DNA of 48,432 nucleotides from Perkinsus olseni (Eukaryota): NCBI GenBank assembly GCA_013115125.1, contig JABANN010000238.1, positions 1 to 48,432 of the forward strand, read 5' to 3'. Shown piece by piece: positions 37,409 to 48,134 of this stretch (position 1 is its first letter; each line of letters starts with the position of its first letter). The notes under the pieces were generated by a model. It saw only the letters and a program-made list of their open reading frames with translations, ran no database searches and was not told where the DNA came from. The position numbers and the translations under genes were made by a program.

Positions 37409-40400
37409 TCAGGTTGCACGACTACGAAGGAGCATTCTACAACAAATCGAGTCAAAAGACGAATAGTAGCCCTCACATCCGGGCTGGCAGATCAACCCGG
37501 GGCTGCACCTTGCCGCCTTTAGACATGCAGTTATCGAGTCGACGCAAGGAAAAATAATATTCCGTGATGAAGAGTTACTTTCTGGGTCCATACCGCTACC
37601 ACTGGTAGCCTACCAGCGTATCAGAGATTTCTACGTATGTCGTCAGTCGTCAGGCGATCGAAGATCGTGAATACGCACTATTTCCACCCATTGTCAAACG
37701 ATGAGTCGTGAGAAATGCGCGTGATTAATAGTGTGTGAAACGGTAGATCTTACCAATAGTGCTTGTTGGAGGTAGTTCGTCACACCCGTAACAGCGTTGC
37801 CAACCAGGAACATCACAAGCATAGAATTCTGGAAGATGAATCTCAAGTTCAACCACGCGAAACGCAACATCCGGCTTACCTGGTACCCCTGCATGAAAAG
37901 CGGAATCTCTCGATTCGCTGGTATCAGACAGTCTATGAAAGCTACCACGCCCATGACGTATCTGAATCACCACAATGCGAATGAAAAAAGAGTTTTCCTC
38001 GCTATCGTGGAATATTACAGATTCCCGAAAGTAGTGGCTAGAACGAAGGGCATATTCACCAGTCGGCGACTCGGAAGGAGGCCCATCTGGTCGGTCATGA
38101 AGGTGTAGCCGTAGTAGGTGCCGAAGAACAGGACGCCGTAGGCAACTGCAATGCAAGACAAGTACTTCCTTCACGCGATAGAGTGAAGCGTAGCAAAGAA
38201 ATATCCAACCGAACTACCAAAGCGACCATCGGCAAGAAATGTGCCGACGAGAGAATCTCGAGGTGAGTGGCCGACACCTGGAGTACGGTCACACTGCAGC
38301 CTAAGCTCGGCACAAACGAACCACAGTATCTCAAGAGATGGTATTCAACAGAGCGTAAGGTAGCCTGTCGTGGTCAGAGACACGAGAGTTTCATAGACCG
38401 ATATTTTGCGATGATGCCAATTACTCAGTCTTACCCATAAGGAAAATATCGCCGACCTTGTTCTTCGAATAGTTAAGCGCGAACAACAATCTGCCAGATA
38501 CCACTCCAAAGAGGTGAATCGCGATGAATCCAGGCACACCAAAGATGCCCTCCTGAAAAAACAAGTTGCGTCAACATGAACTCAGCCCATTCGCATGCTC
38601 GGGAGTTGACGGATCTCATTCGGTCTCGGGCATCGGAAAACCCCACCTTATTAGCCGAGATGAAGTCAAGTCGTTCCGCGTAAAACACAAATTCCTCCAG
38701 GTTGCTCAATGGTGACGTTAGAAGGTACCTGAGGACACCCGCAATAGTCCGATAGGCCCAGGATGAGCATCACCAAGCAGCCCAGGTTCCCCGCCTACTG
38801 ATGAAGTCCCGTTATGAGCAAGGCCAGGGCCAAGAGGAGATTTGTCGGCAATCTCTGTGGTATGATAGAGGCGAAGATCTGCACAGCCGCTATTGTGAGG
38901 AAGAAATTCCAGTGTACCTATGCGGGGGAAGGAGACTTTCGTGGGATATGGTATGAAGCTCGTCAAAGAGATATTGAAGTACCAGAATATTGAGCAATAC
39001 GATTCCCCTACGTTTCCTCAACCTCGGCCACGATTATCGTACTGGCTACGGTGTACATATCAATTCCATACTGAGTGTTCCGGAAGAAGGCCGGGCGATA
39101 ACATGCTGCAAGCATTCCGAAGTAAGCTTGGTATTCCAACACATAGTAGCCATTGGCGAGCAGATGCCTCTACATCACCCCTCGTTATTCTCTACGTGAC
39201 TCGGGCAGTAGTTCGAACCTCAAGCAGTGATTGAGAAGCACATCGAATTATCTGTCCGAGGAGAGCTCCTACGATTTCTATAATGGATATCGTGCCCAGC
39301 GACCCTGAGTACTTACACCATATTCGCTAGTGGGGACGTAGTATCCCATAGTGGTGGTCGACAGGAAGCGGAGCACTCCCAGCAGCACAACAGGCCAGGC
39401 GTGATACAGAGCTATCAGGGGTTGTAGTGGCAACATTAAGATCCTCTTCATGAGCGAATCCCGCTGAACCCTCCGTGGTTTGAACCTGGGACCAACCACC
39501 GGTGCCCAGGCATTACTCAGTCCGGAGCCCACGCGAATGCGGACAAGTCCCGTGAGGTATGATTAATTCGTGAATGCCAACTTACGGTGCGGATGAATGG
39601 CGACTCACGACGGCTGATGAGAAAATGACGCATCCAACGCCAAGGTCCATCAGAGAATACCCGAACCTGGAGGAAAACGAATTAGAAGTCCTCATTTAGG
39701 ACGAACTTTTATGGAGAAAGCGCGTTCTAATGCCGATCATTACGTATCCGTCTTCGAAAAGGCCCAGGGGAAAACTTGGTAGTCAACAGCGAATATGATT
39801 AAACACGTGCAGAACATCATCAACGACCTGAAAGGGAGAATCGAACGCCGTACTCAAACAGCATTTGGTTAGTTATCATCCGAGCTATACTCAAGCATTT
39901 TACCAACATAGACTAACTTCTAGACTCTATAAATAGAGTCGAATATCCTCTTCGACACTGGCGCAAGCGAGCGAGTACGGCCCCTATCAAACCGAGACCA
40001 ACGGCTATGGGACGCCTCGTACAGTTGAGCCTGTTTTCACTGTGATGCGGTAGCTCTATGTCATCTCACATACAACCATTAGGTAGCCGACCAAATTCTA
40101 CATCGGGGCAGCCACAACGTGAGTTCGGGCATGAACGCAGAAGCAGAAGTGACCGCGCCTCGGCCGAAAGGACTACTCACCTATACTCCGCCAGAAAACG
40201 TATGACCGATGGCCTCTTCGGACTCATCGGGGCGAACGGCAATGCTGGCTTCCTCAAGTCACCCGTGAAGATACCGATTCCACATAGGAAAATTAACCTG
40301 AAAAATGCGAGAAAGGTCGTAGACAATCTATCAGAGCCGCAGAGGATTTTCAAGAGAGCAATTCTGGAATTCAGAATCGATTTGGAGCCGCATTTGACCT

Positions 40401-41106
40401 GTGCAGATCAATTCCTGAATCGCAGTTTCAGAAACAGCTGACCGAACAGGTGAGACAATCTGCGGCACTACCGTCGCACATGCTCGCGAATATAGGATAC
40501 TCGCCGATATCTCCGACCACATTAACAGAGACATCCCTCCCTACTACCCGACCAGGATAACTTCGAATAGCGCTGGTGTAGCCAAAGCAGCAGTCAGCGG
40601 CCCGGACACGAGTAGCACATCAGCCCACAGTGCTCGAGGATTATGGACCAGGGTTGCACGGGCAAAGATACATAGTGGGAATATGCTGAATAACATCAGC
40701 AGACGGCCTGGACTCGTACCAAAGCCACTAGGGTTCAAGTAACCAGTCTCTTGTATCTACCAAGTAGCTGACGTCAGTGGAGTCAATCCGATGGAGCCCA
40801 ATGGCGCTACTCATCACTCCAACACGAGATAGTGAAGTGCGCAGCATGACATCAAATTTCTCTGCGTACGACACTACAGGTCGACATGTGTCGACGTAGA
40901 CGAAGAATGCCACAGCGCGCAAAGTTTCGCTGCCATCCTACTGCTGGTGCCATGGCAGTAGGCGGGACGCCACAGCTCACCAGTTTGTGATCCTCAGGCT
41001 CAACGAAAGCCTTGCCAAAGTAGTAACTATCATCATCCATCCTTAACAATGGCCGGAGGGACTCCCAAAAGGGCGTCTGCAGGAGTGCCCATCCCTGACT
41101 GGACAT
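37409..41106 (-). CDS. PIGW: GPI inositol acyltransferase PIG-W/GWT1, multi-exon
   Basis: Spliced family motifs RSLMMFCTCLIIFAVDYQVFPWAFSKTDT|FGYSLMDLGVGCVIFSS, YYVPTSEYG|VHWNFFLT, FISANK|EGIFGVPGFIAIHLFG, PSRRLVNMPF and NSMLVMFLVGNAVTGVTN. Both ends are approximate. Confidence 0.9.
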
Positions 41107-41199
41107 CTCCGTAGAATTCTCAACTTCTACAATTAACAGCAGCAGAGCTGGGTGCGAAGAGGAATAATGGCCGGCGGAGCTTACATCACCGTACCCGAT

Positions 41200-42796
41200 T
41201 TCGAAATGGACCGTGTCCCGACTAGATAGAGCTTAATACTTATGACCGCTCCATTCCATGGGCTCCCATCATGGGAATCCCATGCAAGGGACAGCTTGGG
41301 CTGCAGCTTGCATTCGAGACGTTGCAGTGTTATATCAAGCAGATGGAACGGGTGATAGCAATAAGTATCACCCCCAGCATCAACGAGTGGAATGTTTCGG
41401 TAAGTTCATTCACTGAGCGTGGAACGCGGACTGGCCGGATCGTCGTCAAACCCCGACGGTAATATATACACTCAATAACTCAACACTCTCTGCATACCTT
41501 TGGCTGTTGAAATTCGTTTTCGTGAGTCTGTAAGTCTAGGTCCATACTGACTGCGTGACGCCATTTTTACTGTCAAGCACCCGTTCTTCAGCTACTATAA
41601 ATCCTTGCACAGCAGCTGAAAAGTGTGTGATGCCTGTGGAAGACTGTTATTGCGCTTCTACCTTCGGTGTATAACCAATACTCTGGTTGAACACGGGCTA
41701 TTAAGCGCTTACATAAAATGACACCGATGACATAACTCAAAAGCTTGGCGTCGCTTAGCAGCGCAGCTAACATCTCGCTCGCCCAAATAATTACCCGGAA
41801 GGCGTTTCGACATCAAACCGCGGCGTGTCGATTACAACCTCTAAATGTGTGGAGGATATAGATAGATGTTCGGCGATAGTCCCATTCTTACAATTGGGCC
41901 TGAAGACGAAAATTCCCGTAAAAGCACTAGGATCGGCTATACGGACAAGGTGGCGCGTGAGCATTCAATCTTGTCAGGTGGAAACGAGGGCTCCTTGGTC
42001 CGTTTCGTCAGCTCGCCGTAGCAGCACTTGATGTAGCTAAATGGGTCATAGCCCGGCATAACGACTTGAGTCAAGCTAGGCCGTTGACGGCGTTTGACAC
42101 ACGCGCAGAGGTCGCTTCTCTATGAACGTGTTCTCTGAGCATTCCTAACAGGACTGTGGAATGACATCTCTTGGCAATGCTCTCGGTATTGAAAGTCGCT
42201 TCAAGCTCACGTCGTATGCATACCTCAAGTTCTGCAGCCGTGGTCTTGTCAGCTTTCTAGGGTTCCCTGGCTTGCTCCTCATCTGTGAGAGCCTCTTTCC
42301 ATGTCAGAGTCGGGCAGAAGATCCAGAAACGCTCCCGTCGCGCTCTAGAAGCGACCATACATGATTCGATCCTCAGTGATGCGATCCTTGATATCCACGT
42401 AAAGGCCACCGATGTCGTCTCTGTCTTCAATGCCGACAGAGGCAATGTTCCAGGCAAGACGATGTCGAGACGATGGCCGGCATTGAGGCAAGAGACAACT
42501 GATGAGAGATCGTGTCAGGGCGACCATTGGCCCAATGCAGAAAGCCCAATTCACCCCAGGGGTGAATCGTGCGCTCAGAGAGCGATGTAGGCTGGAGAGC
42601 AGGAGAGTCGGAGGAACCTCTGGGAGCTTCGAAGAGTTAAGACATAATTCAAAAAAGGCATCACATTCGCGTACTCCTAAGTTCCTCGTCTCAGAAAATT
42701 AGAACGGTCGACAGCAGCCCCGAACGGCCCTCCTCCGTTTGAAGTCGAAGAGTTTGAGCACATCTCTGAACTCCTACTCTCAAGAATAGGTCGCAT
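41200..42796 (-). CDS. Possible hypothetical spliced gene or gene remnant
   Basis: Exon-like blocks: EFRDVLKLFDFKRRR, VRECDAFFELCLNSSKLPEV..ARFTPG, HRLAWNIASVGIEDRDDIGGLYVDIKDRI and LLSDAKLLSYVIGVILCKRL. No complete model could be built. Confidence 0.3.
41263..41284. mobile_element. Near-perfect 7+8+7 footprint (one substitution)
   Basis: ctcccat-catgggaa-tcccatg. Confidence 0.6.
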
Positions 42797-43088
42797 GGCA
42801 GTGCAATGCAATGCACGATGCCATGATGGTCATGCTGATGATGCCAGAGTCATCCAATTGCCAGCGATCTGCAACGAGCAACGAGCATGAGCAACGAACG
42901 AGCACGAGTCTTCCGTGCCGGACTCCATGAGCTCGTGCCTTTAAGTGGACCTCGTCCCCATGGGGTCTTGAGAGGTATCACTGTAGGCCATATTCACTTA
43001 CCGATCATGTTCCGATCCCATGGCTCTTTTCGGCCCAGGGCATTCGCTAACTGGACATCATCCAGACAAGATGAAAAAAGTCAAACCC

Positions 43089-43110
43089 ACCTAGGCCCTA
43101 GGTCCCAGGG
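43089..43110. mobile_element. Near-perfect 7+8+7 footprint (8-mer ACCTAGGG, one substitution)
   Basis: acctagg-ccctaggt-cccaggg. Confidence 0.6.
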
Positions 43111-43165
43111 GGTGCTAAAATGAGCGGAAAATGGGTAGGCTCGGCGGCAAGGCTAGCAAAAAGTC

Positions 43166-43198
43166 TGGATGATTACACTCATTTGGATGATTACACTC
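43166..43198 (+). repeat. 15-bp direct repeat TGGATGATTACACTC x2
   Basis: Copies at 43166-43180 and 43184-43198. Confidence 0.85.
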
Positions 43199-44959
43199 CT
43201 AGCATCCACCACTCTCATCCCGGAGTCGCCTTCGGGGTGGCTAGTACTGACTCGGAGAAAATGGGGGCTACTCTCATAGAACAATTACAATAGTCTTACG
43301 TCCATAGTCGAGTATCTCGAGTCGGGTAATTATCATATAACATGATTAATCAAAACGTGTTGCACTTCTGACAAGCCTCATCAACATTCGGGGAGAAGAG
43401 GTGTCCCTCTCGACAGACGACCTATGATTGGGCCCCGGCGTCGATTTCGTCGGGTTGACCACCACCGAACCCGGAAGCGACGAGAGCAATTTTGGCCTTG
43501 TCACACCAGTCAAAGTAAGTCTTCAAAATAGAGCCGTATCTGTCGATGATGTTACTAGTAACAATAAAAGCAATTTACTGAAAATTACCTCGGAGCCATA
43601 TAGATGACGTCATCGCAAGCGGGACATCGACGAGGCCTCAATCCTTTATCAATCTTCGCGCTCAGGTTCTCAGCTACGGCACTCATATACCTGCGGAATG
43701 AACCTTATTGCATCACAAAGTGACGCACTTTCCTCTTTCCTACTTGTCGAGTGCGGTGACAAAGAATGTGTGACCGCAGTCGGGGAGCTCGTACAGGCGT
43801 GAGGTGTCCTCGAGTGCAAGGCCAATATCGCGACCAGTGAGCACACAGCGAACTTTAGGGTGGCAGCGTGGGCAGATAGGGCACAGGTTGCCGCATAATC
43901 CTTGGCAAGTATGACCGCACTCTAGAATCAGCGAACATGGTTTTTCACATGGAGGCCTGTCACACTGCTCGCCGCATGGCTTTCCGCACTGAAAATGCGA
44001 GCATCGCCAGGTGCAGGACTCCGCACAGCTCCCACAGGGCTCATGGCACGCCTTGCCGCATCCTTGACGATGAGGGCATCTTCTTTGACAGTCGTGCTTG
44101 CACTGCCTAATGTGAAGTAGCCCACACGCCTGATCGCACTGGTGACCACAGATGAGCTCAGCGTGGCATTCTTCTCGACAATGAATTCCTTCGTGGTCAT
44201 GATAAGGGAAGCACGACCGTCCGCAGGGGTGGCCGCAGGGGAAGGAAAACTCGCAAGTTTTCTTACAGCGGGAGGCCGTTTGACAGAGAACCAATACCTC
44301 ATGGCCGCAGGGAGCGTCATCCAACCCCATAAAAGAACATGCAGGCATTTATACACATACACCGCTGGAATGCTCATGGTAATTAATAGTAGCCTCATGG
44401 CCACAGGCTAGGACAATCTTGACCTTAGAATGACAAAGACCAGCAGCAGCAGCAGCAGATAGCAGCCGTAATACCTGATTTGTCTTCGCTATGGACCTTG
44501 TAGCAGCGAACCGCCGCTTCGTGGCCGCATCCCAGTTTAACGGGCACTTTCTCGCGGCAACGAGCAGTCTGTGGAGACGCATCACGACCGCAGCGAACTT
44601 GCTGGTGGTGACCGCAGGGAAGCAGCACAGGGGCAGTCGCCTCGCACTCAAGCGTAGCCGTGTCTTTCTTAGAATGACAGGGAACCCGTCTCTCGTGGCC
44701 ACAAGCGAGAGCTACGACTACCTCTTGAGTGCAAAAACCATCACCGTTAGATTTGCCCTTCGAATGACAGGGCACGTTGGTAGTATGCCCACAGGGTAAC
44801 GCAAGCTCGACAGATTCTCGGCAAGTGTGACTGTAGTGTGTCGGCCGATTCCTCAAGTAGCATAGGGTCTCCTTGTTATGGCCACACGGTAACGTTATGT
44901 CAGCCTTTTCCCGGCATTCAACCGATGAGACTGATTCCCGTTGCCAGCAGCGAATAACC

Positions 44960-44981
44960 ATCTCATCATGAGATTCTCATG
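44960..44981. mobile_element. Perfect 7+8+7 footprint (8-mer ATCTCATG) frameshifting ZNFX1
   Basis: atctcat-catgagat-tctcatg. Collapsing it to the 8-mer restores CGHEMVIRC. Confidence 0.85.
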
Positions 44982-46097
44982 ACCACACGGAAGCTGCGTG
45001 GGCACCTCCACGTTGCATCTCCGTGACATCTGACTATCTTGTTCACGGCACAAGACGCTTTTCTCGTGGCCACAAACGAGTGTGATGACGATCTTCTCTA
45101 CACAGCGACGATAGAACGAGACGTCCTTCTGCACACAAGGTATATCCTTCTTGTGACCGCATGGCAGTGTTACAGAATCAGTCTCGACGCACGTAGGCGG
45201 AACTTTCTTCTTCCGGCATGGAACTGTTACTTGTGACCACATGCAAGCACCACATCAACAGGCTCCTCGCAGAGGAAACCCTCCGGACCTTCCTTAGCGT
45301 GGCACGCGACATCTTTTTCGTGACAGCAAGGGAGAGCGATCACTACAGGCGTGAGACACACTCTCGCACTAGGACCATCCTGAACATGGCACTGGACCTG
45401 CTGCTTGTGACCACAGATGTGCTCCAATTCCACTGGCACTCTGCATCGGAACTCACAGGGATCCTGTGGAGATAATCCCATTCTGTCGCATGCCGCACAG
45501 CAGTGCTCCGGGCGATCATGAACGCAGCTGTCAGGGCTAGGCCGGTTGCAAGACCTTTCACACTTCACCGTGCTGTGGTCAAAAACATGACACAGTAGAG
45601 GGCACCGATGACCACAACGGGGAAGCAGCTTCTGGCAAGGTTCACGGCAACCGCCATCTTTGACATTTTGGACGCCTCCGGCGTAGTGATACCCTCAATA
45701 TTGTCAGGGTGGGTGCGACACTTCAGCTGAAGTGACTGAACTATCCTTCCTTGACTGCGCAATATCTCGACGACCTTGGCCCAACTAGGGGCCTTTTCTA
45801 TCATCTCAACATTGCCAATGATATATAGCCCCTCACGGGCACGCGACAGGGCCACAATGACTCGATTCTCGATGCCAATGAAGCCTATCTTGCCATTGCC
45901 GTTCGAACGAACCAGGGACAGGATGATGACCTTGTTTTCCTCTCCTTGGTAGTCATCAATGGTGACCACTCTGGCATCCCCTTGGGAGCAGCTGGTCGAC
46001 GAGCGCAAGTCTGGCCCTAGGAGACTACGGATGAGCCGCTTTTGACCAACATAGGGGGTGAGTAGAGTGACATCAGATGGCTTGTACTGTTGAGAAC

Positions 46098-46119
46098 GGA
46101 CTAGCCTAGTCCGACTAGG
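46098..46119. mobile_element. Perfect 7+8+7 footprint (8-mer GGACTAGG) frameshifting ZNFX1
   Basis: ggactag-cctagtcc-gactagg. Collapsing it restores YLVRSQQYKPSDVTLLTPY. Confidence 0.85.
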
Positions 46120-46300
46120 TACGTGGCTAGAGCCACTGCGTAGCTAGCTTCGAACTCGTTCCTTTTCGAAGATCCTTCTGAAGACTGTTCGGGTTGGCGA
46201 TGGTCGAGGAAGTAGACATCAGTGGCGATACCGCCGACTCTGTCATACTTTTTGACCCTCTCGTGATCGATCAGCCCATCCACGTAGAAGTGCTTCACCA

Positions 46301-46322
46301 GTTGGCTCAGCCAACTTGGCTG
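46301..46322. mobile_element. Perfect 7+8+7 footprint (8-mer GTTGGCTG) frameshifting ZNFX1
   Basis: gttggct-cagccaac-ttggctg. Collapsing it restores RMRPEVSQLVKHFY. Confidence 0.85.
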
Positions 46323-47270
46323 ACCTCAGGCCGCATACGAAGTCTAGTGGAAAGCTTGGCGAAGGGGACGTCGAGGTTGATGAGCCTCTCGAAAAGGGAG
46401 ATGTCGAAATGATTCTTCCGGCATAACTCGAAGGCGTTTATCTTCGGTCGTAACTGCTGATGGTCACCAATCATAACCACGTGCTCCAACTTGGGGGAGG
46501 ATAAGCACGCCATCAGCTGGCATTCCAGCAGCTCCCCAGCCTCCTCGATGATTACCACTCGTGGGGCCAAACGCTTAATTAAATCTCTATTCAAAGCTGC
46601 CAAAGTACTGGTCATGCCAACCAACGCCGCTCCAGAACATGCTCTTAGCGATAGAGCCTTTCTCTGTTGGGCATAGGCTTTACCTCTCGCTTGGCATCGC
46701 GCATACATTTGCTGGAGCTTGACTTGCATCGATGCGCTCAAGCGCGAACCAAAACGTCCAGCAAACAGTGTCGATCGCGAGGGTTCGAGACCACACGGCT
46801 GGCTGCCTCGTGGATGGCGGAGTGACATGTTCCGGCCACGTTTTTGGCACCGAAGATCTTCTCAAGCTCACGCCGTATGCGAGCCTGAAGTTCCACAGCC
46901 ATGGAATTTTCACCTCTCCAGGGCTCCCTGGTGATCTCATACTGGACATCATCCATACGAGGACGGTTGACGGGCGCTCTCTCCTCATCTAGAGAAGAAT
47001 CTTCCGAGTCGGAGTCAGACTGGAAATTGAGAAACACTTTACGGAGAGGCTGCCCCCTGACGTCATCGTCTTCATCATCACCGTAGAAGCCGTCAAACGA
47101 GATACGATCCGCGTTGATGCGGTCAATGATGTCCATGTCCAGGTCTCGGACGTCGACCTTGTGGAAAGTTCGAGTAGAACTCTGGTAATCAGTGAACACG
47201 TTCGTCACGGAACGTTCAACACCGGCCTTCACCTGGTCCAGCAAACTTTTCTTCTCGGACCTACTGCAGG

Positions 47271-47292
47271 AGTTGAACTTCAACTGTTGAAG
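47271..47292. mobile_element. Perfect 7+8+7 footprint (8-mer AGTTGAAG) frameshifting ZNFX1
   Basis: agttgaa-cttcaact-gttgaag. Collapsing it restores RSSSFNSCSRSEK. Confidence 0.85.
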
Positions 47293-48112
47293 GAAGAAGA
47301 GCGCCCGAAACGCTGGCCAACGATGGAGGGCGAATGCTCCAGTCCCTCGTGAAGAGCGTCTAGGCCTCTTTCAGCAATCCAGTCTTGCTCCAGACCAGCG
47401 AGATTCCTCTCATCGCCGTTGATCCACTGCTCGAGGGACATCATGGCAAACTCACATGCATGTGGACCGAGCCGTGCGAAGCTGAGCTGCCAGCCACGGG
47501 GACGGATAATAACCAGAAGAGGCTACGAGGCAAGTAGGCGAGGATGCACAGGAGACGGGCGCGATGAGAGTATTGTAGTTTGAGAGCGGCATTGAGGGTA
47601 TGGCAGTAGTGGTTCAGACCCTGCTGGAAGGCTTTACGCTCGAGGTACCCAAATTTGGTCTCCTTGGCCTTGTTACGAGCACTGCACAGCTCCAGCGCCG
47701 CGTTATAGCTCTTGGATCGGCCACCAAACCGCACTACCCCACCTGAATGTAGAAACCCACGACCATCCATGTAAGGGAGGACATCCTCTAGAAATTGGTC
47801 GAGGGCGTGATTCGTCATAGTAACCGCAAGAATAGGGCTCTCTTCGAAGGTTTGTCCTAGGCATTCTCGAGCGATGCGGGCAAACTTCATGCCGAGGTAG
47901 CTCTTACCTGTACCCGGTTGGCCCTGGACAATCGCAACTGGTGACCTTAGAATGTGCTTCATAGCCGTCTGCTGCGCTGGATCCAGTTCTATTGCCCTCC
48001 CCTCTACTTCCGGCCGCTCTTCCAACGGGGAGCCGGTCACCACTGCGTTTGGACCAGATTTCTTGTCGTAAAGCGATCAGAGATCGATCTCCTTGCCTCT
48101 AAGGTAGGCCGG

Positions 48113-48134
48113 GGGCTGCAGCAGCCCGGCTGCT
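48113..48134. mobile_element. Perfect 7+8+7 footprint (8-mer GGGCTGCT) frameshifting ZNFX1
   Basis: gggctgc-agcagccc-ggctgct. Collapsing it restores SQQPPAYLRGKEIDL. Confidence 0.85.

Noticed and set aside
40880-40904. GTCGACA-T-GTGTCGAC and similar single palindromes (also about 25390, 39922 and 42063)
   Set aside because: Only one arm of the 7+8+7 pattern is present, which is compatible with chance.
44412-44475. GT..AG intron explaining the frameshift at about 44460
   Set aside because: The obvious donor gives the wrong phase, and the alternative donor deletes the conserved Cys of the next repeat.
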